Below, in pieces: positions 1 to 17,688 of a stretch of DNA of 64,000 nt. Below the pieces are notes generated by a model. That model searched no databases, was not told the origin of the DNA, and worked only from the letters and a program-made list of their open reading frames with translations. The position numbers and the translations under genes are program-made. Location: NCBI RefSeq assembly GCF_009914755.1, contig NC_060929.1; one strand, given 5' to 3'. This stretch comes from the human T2T-CHM13v2.0 reference genome, Homo sapiens. The first letter of the stretch is position 1. Each line of letters begins with the position of its first letter.

Positions 1-2223
1 GAAAGAATGAATTATGAAAAAACATGATCTGGTTTTGGACAACTGACATTGGCCTAATAAATCTAACCAATGGGGTTAACTTTTCCCAGTCAATATATAT
101 ATTTTGGAATATACTGTACTGCACCTGGATAAACAAAATTTGAAGTAGTTGCTTATTAAATAGAGCTGATTTTCTTCTCTAAAGGCATACCGCATCTCTG
201 ATTTTCATAGTCTTCTTCTCAGAGAAGCATTATTCATTTTCATAGGAAGAAGGATATGAGGCTAGGAATGTTTATTGAGACTTGATTAAATGCCAGTCTA
301 AGAAGTTTACTTTTAAAGAACTGGTTATTAAATCCTGGAGGTGTCTCCTTGCACTTCACCTCTGATTTGAGTATTGTAGTAGATAGGTATAGGGTTGGAT
401 TTCATACTTCTGATAGCAAATAAACTTTTTATTATTCTTTTAAAAATATGTTTACTCTACTGGCAGTTTCCCTAATACTTTTGTTAGCCACCAGAGCTTT
501 AACTCAAGACAATTTAGAAAATGAGCACTCTCCACATTGCTCTGTAAAGACAGGGAGAATGAAGCCAAGAGCCAATTGTACAGACATTGTGCTCTGCCCA
601 TAAATGCTCAGTAAATATCGTGAAATAAATAGTATCTTCGTTTACATTCCTATTATTTTCTCTAAGAAGTTTGAGTTAAATAGATTATTTACCAGAAAAG
701 TTCTCCCCTCTAAACTCAACAATATTGTTCTTTGATACTGAGAGAGCACAAACATTTTCATAATCTCCTGAGTTCTGTAGCCTATGCAGGCTGATTCTTG
801 GGAGAACTCCAGAATTGAGTCAGTTCTTAAAGGGAAAGGGGGGAAAAAGGCATGTAATGGCCTTTACATTTGGAGAAAAAAAGTGCTTGTGTAGAAAGTG
901 AGGGAAGTGAGAGAAGTTAAAAAACATGCATTGATAAATATAATTGAGGAGCTGACTGATTTGTCAGTGGTCTGCATCTTTTAAAGAATATGGCATTTCC
1001 TGTTGTGGGTCTTATGCTACTTTCAGGCAAAGCCAAAAAATGAAAGCAAGACATAGAGTGAGATGCTCCCACACCACAAACACACCCCGTCAACCCTCTA
1101 CAAATAAAACAAAAGGAAGGACTCTTGCTTCATTTTTTATTTTCTCCCTCTCCATTCATGTACCCCACCACTGAAATTTCTCAGTAACATTTTACCTGAA
1201 TATTATGTCAATTTTTGAAATCTGATATGGACCATTTGTGGTCTAAGAGAAAATGGGCTTTACCACACTCATTTAGGTCTCCTTTTGTATTTTTAACTAG
1301 TTTTATAATGGAGACTTCACCATATAGGTTTAATTAAATACCTATAAATTAGCTCATCTGGTCTCCCAAGGCTGAATAACCTAGTGACTTAAATGTGTCC
1401 TATAATTGCAAATGAGATGAGTTTGAATTCTTTTGAGTTTTATTTTTATTATAAATTTCCCTATCTTCTTGTTCTCTTAATATCCAATGGGTAACTATAA
1501 TTTTTATTTAATTATTATTATCATGTCAATGATGGATCTAATGAAAATATTTCAGTATTTTCCAGGAAGAAAAATACCCACATGATATTAAGTATAATTT
1601 TCAGGAAAGTGTACTGCATTTTTTAATAAACAAGGGACTGCACTTCTTTAGTACTTTATAGCATTTTATTAACTATTGTACAGTATACTTTTCTTTGAAT
1701 TCTCAGCATGTCTTTACAGTTTTGGGAAACAAAAGCAGGTCCCACAGTAGCAATCCTTTAAAAGGGAAATTTTATTGACTAACATTCATTCAAGATGAGT
1801 GTTCCCAGCATGTTAAAATATAATGATGCTTGCTATATACACAGTTGGATGATGCTAAGAGAAGCAAATTTTTACTTGTCTTATTGATCATCCCCTCTTC
1901 CTCTGTGGGGTTTCAATACAGGATAGCTTGCCCATTGATAAAACTAATCGTCTTGTATGGTCAAATTGCAGCTAGAATCATAGAACTGTTGAATTAATCA
2001 TTTCTACAAGTACAGCACAGTTCTATAAATTCAATTCAAATGTCTGCTGTAAGATCAGAGCAGTATTCACACAGGAGAAAACTCACACTGGGAAAAGTAA
2101 AAAATTATTGATGAAGAAGCATTTGTGTGGTGAAAGAAAAAAGATGACCAAAACCTTTATTGTATAACCAGGGAGTTGTAGTCTATCTCCAGCAGGTTAT
2201 ACTTTTCTGACTGAGGGTACTAC

Positions 2224-5483
<3,260 letters not shown>

Positions 5484-5625
5484 CTACATAAAATAGTATA
5501 GCCCTTAGATTTGTATATCCAGATCTTAATCGTGCATACCCTGGATAAGCAGGGTAGTGATAAGAGTTCAGTAGTTAGACATGCTTTCAACCATGGCTCT
5601 ACCACTCAGACAAATTATTTACATC

Positions 5626-6273
<648 letters not shown>

Positions 6274-6919
6274 GCCACTGCAACCTCCCTTGACCTCAAT
6301 TTTCCAATCTGTAAATTTAGTACAAATAATGCCCAAATATACACATATTTGGCATATACAAACTTAACTTCTATGTGTGTGGATGTTGTGGTTTGTAAAT
6401 ACATTTTAGATAATTGTATAAAGTCATAAAACATGGGTGGTATAGAATTTGGAGTAGTAATGGGACTGTTCTACTTATTAATTTTGTTGGTAGTTATATA
6501 ACTGTATGTGTTATATGTCTTAATAAAACAACAGAAACAAATAACATAGACAGGGCAAAAAATAGTGATAGTTCATGAATTATATCCATTATTAATCACT
6601 TCAGATGCTGAATGAACTTACAAAGAACTTAATTTTTCTATTTCATTTTCTTCTTAGAGTTAGGTTCTATATTTTACACCTTATAAAAAAATTGGTCTCA
6701 CTTTCCAGGTGTTAGAGACAGGAGCTATGATTTCATAAATGTTTTTCTGACACTCTCTAATCCTAAAGCAAAATGTGGAGCTTTGTTTATGCTTACTTTT
6801 TTTTTTAACCAGCTCCCTATTTTGATCACTAATGTCTAATAATTTAGGAAAATATAACAAGATCTCCATGTAGTCCATGTTCCTTATAAAACTTACTTCA
6901 TAGGATAGAGTGATAAACA

Positions 6920-7072
6920 CCTTCTGTATAACTGTCAGCGGTTACAAAGTTCTGAGCTGATATGAGATAGAAAAGGAAAAGGGCACTAGCTTGTTCAAAC
7001 TCTTAGACTTGAGAGAGCAACAGCAGATTTAACTCATGAAACTTCAGCCCCGCTAGCCACAGAAATTGGAGT
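6920..7072 (+). repeat. Source copy of a 153-bp dispersed direct duplication (partner 8546-8698)
   Basis: Ungapped manual alignment, about 12 mismatches in 153 bp. Confidence 0.95.
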
Positions 7073-7074
7073 AT

Positions 7075-7265
7075 AGTGACTAAAACATCTGGGTTCTAGT
7101 CCCAACTCCTTCACTTACTGGGTGACCTTGAGTGGACCTCCAACCAATATGGTACCTATTTTATGGAAATTTTTGAGAATCAAATGAGACAATGTATGCA
7201 GAAGCATGTTGACATTGAGAAGTCCAATACGTATATAATATACATTAGTAAGTATGAATGTTTGC
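7075..7265 (+). mobile_element. MIR SINE relic
   Basis: ctgggttctagtcccaactccttcacttactgggtgaccttg...gagaatcaaatgagacaatgtatg resembles MIR core. Confidence 0.6.
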
Positions 7266-8380
7266 TGAGCTAAGAGCTACAATTAGAATGCTCTATCATT
7301 CTTTACAGTGCCTCATTCCTAAAAATCACTTATTGACGTGCTTTTGAAAGCAATCTGAGGTTTTGACAGGCCAATATGTGACCAGAAATACTAATGTGTC
7401 TCCCTTTTCAACTTGTGATAAGAGTTTGAGATGACCACCATCAAACAGAGCTATTATTTTAGTTATTAAAGTTTATGACATCAAAGACTGTAAGTTTATG
7501 ATTGTGTTCTTTGTTCAGCTCAGAATCTGGGCCAGCATCTACACTGAGCAAGACTAGAGCAACAGAAAGCAGTGGTTTAGACCGGGCTCCTTGGCTGGTA
7601 ATTTCATTCATTTTCTATAGTAAAGCTTGATGATGTGTTAAAAAATCCAAACATCCAGTTCAAAATACTTTTTCCATTTTTAAACAACATTTTTCATCAG
7701 AATGCATTGCAAATAGTTGTATAATGTCCTTAAATAGATTACCTAGTGGTGGTCTACTGACCATGCCCTGAAAACTCACCATCAAAAAGAAGGTCTACAC
7801 AGAATAGAACTGCTTTTTTGTGGGTAATGGACAAAAGGTAAATGTCATGTATTAGTCCATGCCAGAAGCATTCTCTGGAGGTCTAGTGGTGGGGAAAGGG
7901 AAAAATTAATTCCCAAAGCTCATTTCTGGTTGCTAGAGGCTGCTGGACTATAGAGAGTTAAGCTGGGCTGCCTAAGGCTACTGGCGCTCTTCTCTTTTTG
8001 AAATATTAATGCCTATCTGGTATCAGCTGAGCCTTTGACAAGAGCTGAAGGGTTGTTGCCACTGAAGCTTGCTGTCTAGGAGATTTGCTGACCTCTAGTG
8101 AATCTAAATTCTGCACAGATTTCAGTACATGCTGCCTGCTGTTTCAGCACAATGTTGCAATTTGGTGGTCTGTGCATGCCTGCGTGAGAAGTGAAAATTT
8201 GGAATTTGTGTTCATCCACTTGTTGATTTATCTGTATGATTTTATACTGTTTGATTATTCTTTTAACTGAAACTACTTTCACTAAATTCAAATATTTAGT
8301 TTTTCTTACTTTTTAATTGAAGCAAAACATACTTCCAGTAAAGCACAGAGTACATTAATTTTGACGTGCAGCTGCACGTG

Positions 8381-8727
8381 TTTATTTATTTGTTATACTT
8401 ATGGATTTATGTGTACAAATGCAGTTGTGTTCCACAGATATTTGCATAGTGGTGAAGTCTGGAAGTCTGGGCTTTTAGCGTGCCCATCATCCAAATATCG
8501 TACTTGTACACAATAAGTAGTGTTTCATTCCTAACCTCTTCCCATCCTCCTGTATATCTGTCAGCAGTTACAAAGTTCTGAGTCAATATGAGACAGAAAA
8601 GGAAAAGGGAACTAGCTTGTTCAAACTCTTAGACTTGAGAGAGCAACAGCAGATTTAACTTGTGAAACTTCAGCTCTGCTAGCCACAGAAATTGGAGTGG
8701 GTGTTTTGGAGTCTCCAGTGTCTATTT
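8381..8727 (-). mobile_element. Old L1 3' end (L1MA1-3/L1PB-like) carrying a 153-bp foreign insertion
   Basis: gcatagtggtgaagtctgggcttttag...cccatcctcc | ttttggagtctccagtgtctatt match an old L1 3'UTR. Confidence 0.75.
8546..8698 (+). repeat. Inserted copy of the 153-bp duplication (source 6920-7072)
   Basis: Direct repeat that interrupts L1 3'UTR sequence. Confidence 0.95.
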
Positions 8728-10900
8728 GCAACGTATCTCCTAGGAGTTCTTTGAGCTTCTGGTATCTGGATGTCTAGATCTCTAGAAAGACCAGGGAAGT
8801 TTTCCTGAATTACTCTCTCAAATAGTTTTCCATACTTTTTACTTTTTCTTCTTCTCCCCCTGGAATACGTATAACTCGTAGGTTTAGATACTACATAATC
8901 CCATATTTCTCAAAGGCTTTGTTCATTAAATTTTTTTTTTATCTGACTGGGTTAATTTGAAAGACCTTTCTTCCTGCTCTGAAATTATTTATTCTGCTTG
9001 GTCAAGTGTATTGTTGAAGCGTCCAACTGTATTTTATAATTCCTTTATTAAATTTTTCATTTCTGGAAGTTCTGTTTAAATTTTTAAAATAATATCTCTC
9101 TTATTTTATATTGTGTATTTTTTTCTGATTTCTTTACATTTGTTTTCAACTTTCTCTTGGATCTCATTGAGCGTCATTAAAATCAATATTTTTAATTCTT
9201 TATTTGATATTTTTAAGATTTCAATTTTGTTAGAATCCACTGCTGGAGAGTTAGTATGATCCTTTTGGGGTGTTGTAACTTTTTTTCATACTTCTAGAAT
9301 TGTTTGTCTGGTTCCTTTTCATCTGGATAAGCCATCTCTCCTTTTGTAAAAAAAAAAAAAAAATTACTTTCATTTGGATGGGATTTTCCCACTTGGGATG
9401 TGACTATAATGTGTATGATGTATGGTCCCTAGGCTTTGGTTCTGGATGTTTTCAGTGGCCAAGACTCTATAAATTCCTTGGTTATAGATAGCCTTTGTAT
9501 GGTGGCATTCCCAAACGCTGGTTGTAGCAGTGATATACTGGGCATGTGAGTGGGCTCACTGCCTCCTGTGGGCCCAGCATGACAGAGGTCTCAGGAAGTT
9601 TATCTCATTCCCTAGTGCTACGCACTTATGTCAGTGGATTTTCTATTGGGTTACACAGTTCAACCTCCAGGCCAGTATACAGTGCTTATGGATAAAAGCC
9701 AGATGCATCTGATACAGATGGGTATATGCTTGATCTTTGTTTACTGTGAGAAGCTCTCTGTTTCCTCAGGCAGTAAGATGTCCTGTGGAATATCTGAGCT
9801 ACCTGCTCAGACCTACAGGGAGTCTGGGAGGACCAAGCTGGACAGGGGTGCACTGGGCAGCCATGCCTACATTTCCCCAGTGACAAGCATAAGCACGAGA
9901 TCCAAGTTGGAGACTGGGGGCAGTTGCCGAGCACCCAGAGATGTGCTGGGGTATGAAGTGGAGAAACTTCTGCTGTTGAACGTTCTCTGCTGGAAGGGAG
10001 GACTAGCATCAATTCCTAACCTAGAAGAGTGGGTGCTCCAAATGCCTGGAGATACTACTAGGCATCAAGTGGCAACACCAAGATCTCTGCATCTGAGGGG
10101 ACAGGAAGCTTAGGCTCCTAATCTAGGTAAACGAATGCACCAAATGCCTGGAAATATTCCTGGGCATGGAGCAGACAGGGCACTGCTGCACCAAGATCTC
10201 TGCACAGAAAGGGAGGGGTGACTCAAGTTGCTCATCCACACAAGCAGTTGCACCAAATGTCTGGAAGTACGTTGCCCAGAGAACAGCAGAGTAGCCACTG
10301 CAGAGCAGAGTTACCACCATTGCAACAGGGTCTTTGTAGCGGAAGTGAAGGGCAGTTCAGGCCCCTATTCCTGGCAGTGAGTGCACCTAATGCCTGGAAA
10401 TATGCCCAGGTGGTGAGTGGAGGGGGCACCATTGCATCTGGTTCTTGTAAGAGAAGGGAAGTGTGGCCCTTGCTCCCAATCCAGGCTAGCCAGAGTGGGG
10501 TCTGCCTTGCTCCTGCTCCTTGCAACTGGAACACTCCTTGGAACACTACCCTAACTGACTGAAGGAGCAAGCTGAGGCACCCAGCAATGACATATGCAGA
10601 TCAGTTCTATGCCATAAGGCTGCTCCTGGTTGCAAATCACACTGCCCAGGAGAAATTACAGCTTCAGCAACTCTCCTCTTGCTCCAGTTCAGTGACAGGA
10701 AACAGCCCAATTCCAATGCCTATGTCTATGGCACACTCCACACTTATTGCTCAATTCTGGCTGTAGGAGCCCTTTCTCACTCCAAGTCAAGTGCTCCAAT
10801 CTCCAGCTGGAGACATATGCCTGTGGCAGCTGCTGCTACAACAAAGTCACCAAACAATGACTGACTTTGTATGAACCCAGATTGAAAATGGGTGTCCTCT
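8728..10900 (-). mobile_element. Old L1 ORF1 plus 5'UTR region (L1M/L1PB-type)
   Basis: gttctttgagcttc...ggatgtctagatctctag...ccagggaagttttcc is ORF1-region antisense; GC-richer 5'UTR with internal repeats follows. Confidence 0.7.
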
Positions 10901-11730
10901 GTGAACAGACATGTCTCAAAAGAAGACATACAAGTGACCAAAATCATAGGAAAAAATGCTTATCGCTAATCATCAGAGAGATGCAAATCAAAACCACAAT
11001 AAGATACTATCTTATATCAGCCAGGATGGCTATTATTAGGAAGTAAAAAAATAACAAATATTGGTGAGGTTGCAGAGAAAAGGGAACAGTTATACACCGT
11101 TGGTGGAAATACATATTAGCTCAGCCCCTGTGCAAAGCAGTTTGAAGATTTTTCGAAGAAGTAAAGATAAAATTACTATTTGACCAAGCAATCTCATTAC
11201 TGCATATATACCCAAAGGAAAATAAATTATTCTACCAAAAAGACACCTGCATTCATTTATTGCAGCACTATGCACAATAACAAAGACATGGAATCAACTC
11301 AGGTACCCGTCAATGGTGGATTGAATAAAGAAAGTGATACATATACACTATGGAATATTATGCAGCCATAAGAAACAAAAACATCATGTCATTTGCAACA
11401 ACATGAATACAGCTGGAGGCCATTATTCTAAATGAATTAATGTAGAAACAGAAAACCAAATACCACATGTTCTCACTTATAAGTGGCACTTATAAGTGGG
11501 AGCTGAACGTTGAGTACACACAGACACAAAGATGAGAACAACAGACACTGGGGATTCCAAGAGAGGAGGGAAAGACGGGGGCAAGGGTGGAAAAACTACT
11601 TATCAGATATTATGCTCACTACCTGGATGATGCGACCGTTAGAAACTCAAAGCTTAGCATTACTCAAAATACCCTTGTAAGAATTCTGCATCCCCTGAAT
11701 CTAAAATTTAAAAAGAGGGAAAAAAAGAAA
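10901..11730 (+). mobile_element. L1 3' fragment (L1PB/L1MA-like)
   Basis: gaacagacat..ctcaaaagaagacataca, gttctcacttataagtggg, ends cccctgaatctaaaa plus A-rich tail. Confidence 0.85.
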
Positions 11731-11814
11731 ACATCTTTATCTCCCAACCTCTCTGCCCATTAGCTCCAGGACTTGGGAGAAACACGGAGTTCCCCTGTGG
11801 TCTCTGTTGCGTAG

Positions 11815-12670
11815 CCATACAAATGTTAGAATGGATTTTTTTTTCTGTTTCTACAAAAAACATCATTGGGACTTTGAGAGGGGTTGCACTGAATCCATAG
11901 ATCACTTTGGGTTGTATAGACATCTTAACAATAATAAATTTTCTGAAACAAAAACATGAAATATCTTTTCATTTATTTGTGTGTTATTTAACTTTATTTC
12001 AACAATATTTTATTGTTTTGCTGTACTTTTGTCTCCTGAGTTAATTTTGCTTCAAAGTATTTTTTGATGTTATTATAAATGGAATTGGTTTTTTAATTTC
12101 CTTTTTGAGTTGTTCATTGTTAGTGTACAGATGTGTAACTGACTTGTGTGTCTTAACTTTGTATTTTGGAACTTTACTGAACTTTTAAATTGCTTCTGAC
12201 AGTTTTTTTTTTTTGCATGCATGCATGCATGCATGGATGCTTTAGGGTCTTCTACATATAAGATCGTGTCATCTGTGAACACAGATAATTTCCTTTCCCT
12301 CCAGTTGGATGCATTTTATTTCTTTTTCTTGTCTAGTCATTCTTGCCAAGACATCCAGTACCATGTTGAATAGAAATAATAAAAGTGGAAGTTCTTGCCC
12401 TGTTCCTGATCTTAGAGGATAAGTTTTCGGCCTTTCACCATTGACCATGATGTTGGCGATGGGGTTTTCACACTTGGCTTTTATTATGTTTCTTTTTATA
12501 GAAACAAGTTTTTTTTTTCTATTCCTAGTTTGTTGAGTGGTTTTTTTAATATCATGGAAGGGTGTTGAATGTTTTCAAATGCTTTTCTGCATCGAGATAA
12601 TTATTTACTTTAATTCTTTATTTTGTTAATGTGGTGTATTACTTTGGTAGGTTTTCATATTTTGAACCAC
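11815..12670 (-). mobile_element. Ancient L1M ORF2 fragment
   Basis: Degenerate RT peptide MFTDDTILYVEDPK (FADD motif) on - strand. Confidence 0.8.
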
Positions 12671-12855
12671 TAACTCTGCTTTTTATTACTTAATGATTTT
12701 AAGCAAATTCTTTAATTTAAATTTTAGTTTCCTTAGCTGTAAAATTCAGCCAATACTAACATGTACTTCTACTATTGAGAATATAAAATAAATAATGCAT
12801 ATATTGCACTTAGTACTGTGCCTAGAACATTCATGTTCAAAAATGGTAGCTATTA
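12671..12855 (+). mobile_element. MIR relic
   Basis: tttagtttccttagctgtaaaa...gcacttagtactgtgcctagaaca...gtagctatta. Confidence 0.55.
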
Positions 12856-13694
12856 GTATCATCACCAAAATTATAATCATCATAATCTGATATTTTTCAC
12901 TAAAGCTACCAGTAAGCAATAAATTTATTGAAATCAGACACATAAAGAAGAGTATAAATACACTCTAAAAATGCACTTAAAACGTCTATTGTTAACATTA
13001 ACTGGAAAAAAAGAATAATTTATACTTAACCCCTCAACCACAGAACCTGCTGAGCCCATAACTAAAAGAACATAATGTGTTAGTTTATCTGTCCCTTTGC
13101 TCCAAACCTTACACTTTGACTTTCCCCAGAGTCATCTGCAGTCCCATTCATGAAGGCAGGATAGAAAAGAAGATATTGTTAAAGAAGAAAAGTAGAGGAG
13201 GAATAGGAGTGAGAATAGAGGGTAGAAGTCATGGAGTACAGGAGAGCAATTCACTTGCTGATGTATCAGGCTACTGTTGTTAGCCACAGTAAGAGGAGAT
13301 AGAAAGCTTCAACACCTGCCATTTATCCCCAGCCCCTGCCAGCCCCAACATACCCAGTGTGCATCCTTCCCCATTTCTGTGATGTTTACCTATCTCGACT
13401 CTTTTCTTTTCTGGCTGGGGTGAGCAAAAATGATGCAAAGAACAGAAGATAGGTCATTCTGGCAGAGAAGTTAAACTATTGGCTAAGTTCAATAGGTTTT
13501 TAGGAGTAGATAGTGATTATTCCTCCTTCTCATCACCTGACTAAAATAAATTAGACTCTTATAAGATGAGTCAGGTTTTCATAAAATTTTTGAAACTGGC
13601 CTAATAACCTTCAGACTAGCTCATGGGAAACATTTTCTTATTTTACATTGCCTTTAACTCTGCCTTTCTACCATCTCCTTCAAAGCCATTCAAC

Positions 13695-13900
13695 TTTCAT
13701 TCAACAGCTATTGACCAAGGATAGAGCAGTAACCAGCTCAAGTCCTTGCTCTCATAAAATTCACATTCCAGTAGGGGAAACAGACAATAAACATAAAAAA
13801 AAAAATGATCTTGCAATGGCAAGGTTATTTATGACATAAGCCACAAAGGAAGGAACATTTGAGTAGAGATTTAAACAAAGTGAGAAGCATGCCACATTCT
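13695..13900 (-). mobile_element. L2 relic
   Basis: ttcattcaacag...tcacattccagtaggggaaacagacaataaac. Confidence 0.55.
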
Positions 13901-14898
13901 TGGGATGTGGATTCCCTGCATAGGGTATGGCAATGATTTCACATTCTTCTTCCAAAAATAAATATTCTGAAGAGTGACAATTTTTCTGCAATATCAAATA
14001 ATCTGGTTTCTAAGCCACTGTGCAAGGAAAGTAAGGCAGCACATTTTGTTTCTCATCGTCTTCTGGAACAGCAAAAGTCAGATTTTGTAAGAGACCTATG
14101 GCAGGAAAGACTTATTAAGCACCTAAAGTACAACCTCCAGACCCACACTTTTGTCGTGTGCTGTTGTGATGTAACAAAAAATCTTAATTAAAACATGCCT
14201 CATTTGTTGACAGTCAAGCTCCATGTTCACATTGCCAGCTAAAGTTCAGATCCAATCAGGTTCCTGGTTCATTTACAAGTTGATATTTTCCCTTAGCCAG
14301 ATAGTTTTAAATGTATAGTTATCCAGTAGCCATTCCTACTTAGTTAAAGGGAAAATTGAATGCTCAGCTAGGTAACCTTTTGCCATGGCATAAAATCAGA
14401 GAGATGAAGGTAATGCAGGGGAATCAGAATGTATGATATCAGGTCTAAAAAGGAAAATAATTAAAATAGGGAAACCACAGTTTCAAGAGGGACTAATTGT
14501 CATATCATAGACTGTGGTCATTCAGGCAGTTGGTGAAAGTTTTTCAAGAGAACTTGCAAATAAATAAAATTAACAAGGCAACAGTAAAAATTTTTAACTC
14601 CTGGAATAACCTTTTCCCTCCTCTTCAAGATGCTTTAAAATTTGTGAGGCTGCCTCTCTTTCTTTGCTAGAAAATCAGGGACAGTTTCCTCTTCCCCCAA
14701 GCTAAGTTTCTCAATGGTACAGTCTAGAAAAATGGGCAGATCTGCCTAATTAATTAATGACTGGAAAACACTTTGAAAATATCATTATCAAAGAAACTAT
14801 TTCAGTGAAAGGCTCATTAAATTATATATTTATAGTCAAGTAAGATGAAAAGGATGATGATCAGAAGTGATACAGTAGTTAATCAGAAAGACTGAATG

Positions 14899-15213
<315 letters not shown>

Positions 15214-16417
15214 GAAAGATTGTGAATGATTTCTTTCCCGCAATAGCAGTTACTGTCAACAAACACACTCAGATCATTTCCTGAAAGGAGGTTCTGAGCA
15301 GCTCTACAGCAGTGAGCTGAGTCTTTTTTTCATTATATTGTTCTTTCACAATACATTAAAATAAGTCTCACTTATAGGTAGAAATTTCATTGTGTGACAT
15401 AACAATGATGGATACCATTTGCTGAGCACTGAGCTATTTTCCATGTATGTTTTCTCTACAGCCCACAGTAACACTTTGAGGTAGATATTGTTCCTGGGAA
15501 ATATAACTGATAGTGACCATCCACAGCTACTAAGTCTTGAAACGAAAGTTCAAGTCCAGTTCTGTTTAACACCAATATCTATTCCTCCAACCACAATAGA
15601 CTGTATTGCCCCAAGAGTTCTCATTTTCCTACTTTTTCTTCCCCTAACATTTTCCATTTATATTTACAGACCAGGAACAATATAAAGGATATCTCCTAAG
15701 TGTTGGACATTTCATTTTAGTATCATTCCAAGTGCTGCTATGCAATCTAGAGACTATTCTGTACAATTCACATTGCTTTTCTAACATGTTTTGCTTCAGA
15801 ATTCAATAGTGCATAGAATATTGTGTTACAGAATTAATACATTTCCCTCTGAGGCATAGTGTTATTGAGACACTGAGTACTGTGAAAAAATCAAAAGCTA
15901 TTAAAACTGACGGTTTGAGAAAGTACAAAAGATGAATGGTATATGTATTCCTTTTGTATCTAACTGATCCATTAGTATTTTCTTTATCTAATTCACAGAC
16001 AATTACTTGGTACTTTCACCAGTTGGTCTGGGCTCATGGTCATCATTAGATGGAGTCCAAATAGACAACTTACTATGTGGTAGCACCAAAGTCTATAATT
16101 GCCAAGGTTCTATCTAATCCAAAATTACTCTTCCATTCTTCTAGGGAAATAGTTGGAATTTTTCACTTCTTGCCTTGAGTTCAGTTCTTATCATCAGGAC
16201 ATTCATTTGCAGGTTCACCCATGAAGCATTAGGACCAATCAATCTTTAGGCAGAAGTCAATTAGTAGAACGCAGTAGAGTTCATGGCAGTGTGACACAAA
16301 GGGCCGGGACTCTTGTGCTCCTTTTGAAGCTTACATTACAACACTGGGGAGATAGACAATCAATAAACAAACAAAAATAAATTAGTAAAATGTGTAGTGT
16401 TTCGGAGTGATACATGC

Positions 16418-16852
16418 TGTGTTAGTTTCCTAGGGCTCCATAACAAAGTACCACAAACTGGGTAGCTTAAAACAATAAAAAATTAGAAGTCTGAAATCAA
16501 GCTGTCAGCAGATCTATGCTCTCTCTGGAGCTCTGAGTAGAATTCTTTCTTGCTTCTTCATAGCTTCTGGCAGTGACCCTCACTCCTGGCTGTCTTTTGC
16601 TTGCAGCTGCATCTTTCCAATCTCTTCTTCTGTCATCACATATATTCTCTCTGTGTATCTCCATCTTCACTTGGTATTTCCCTCTTGTTGCAAAGACATA
16701 GTCATATTGGATTAGGGCTCACCCTAATAACATAATCTTAACTTGATTAAATCTACAAAGCCTGTATTTCCAAATAAGATCACCTTCACAAGTACCTCAG
16801 GTTAAGACTTTAACATATCCTTTCGAGAGACACAACTCTACCTATACCACAC
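16418..16852 (-). mobile_element. MaLR LTR (MLT1C-like)
   Basis: tgtgttagtttcctagggctccataacaaagtaccacaaactggg...gtcatattggattagggc...gacacaactc. Confidence 0.8.
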
Positions 16853-17381
16853 ACTATGAGAAAAATTAAGCAGGAAAACTCAAGAGGATACGTGTGTAGG
16901 TAGGAGGTGGAGGTCAGAAGTAGTATAAATAGAGTAGCTGAAAGAAGACTGACTGAAAATAATACATTTGCACGAAGACCCGAAGATGAAGGAGCCAGTG
17001 GATGGTTGGACAAGAGTAGACGCAAAGGTTCATAGAATATACCATACGTGTTCAAAGAACAGCAAATGAGCTGGTATAGCTGAACCAGAGTGCAAAAAAG
17101 GGTGAAATATTAGGAGACAAGTTCTGAGAAGTAACAAGAGAGCCAGATTGTAGAGACTTCAGTTTTTATTCCAAGTGAGATGGGAAGCCCTTGGAGGGTT
17201 TTGACCGGAGGATGACATGACCTCACTTACATCTTAACAAGACCTCTCTGGCAACTATTGAAATTAGAATATAGGAGAGAAGGGTGGAAGCAGGGATTCT
17301 GCTTAAAAGACTATTGAAATAATCCTGATGAAAGATAATGGTGGTTTGACAGTTGATATAATGATTAGTGGTCCATGTCCG

Positions 17382-17688
17382 ATTTTTCTTTTTTAGTTTT
17401 TAAAGACAAGGTCATGCTCTGTTGCCCAGGCTGGAGTACAGTGGCAAGATCATGGCTCACTGCAACCTCAACCTCCCAGGCTGAGATCCTGCTATCTCAG
17501 CCTCCTGAGTAGCTAGGACTACAGGCAAAGACCAACACACCTGGCTAAATTATTTATTTAACTTTTTGTAGAGCTAGGGGTTTCACTTTGTTGCCCAGGC
17601 TAGTCTCAAACTCCTGGCTTCAAGCGATCTGCCCAGCTTGGCCTCCTAAAATTCTGGAATTATAGGCAAGATCCACTGCACCTCACCT
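17382..17688 (-). mobile_element. Alu (AluJ-like)
   Basis: Diverged dimer; gatcatggctcactgcaacctcaacctcc, ttgcccaggctagtctcaaactcctgg. Confidence 0.9.

Noticed and set aside
9628-10570. Overlapping 100-160 aa ORFs on both strands
   Set aside because: They lie in a GC-richer old L1 5' region where stops are rarer; no recognisable domain.
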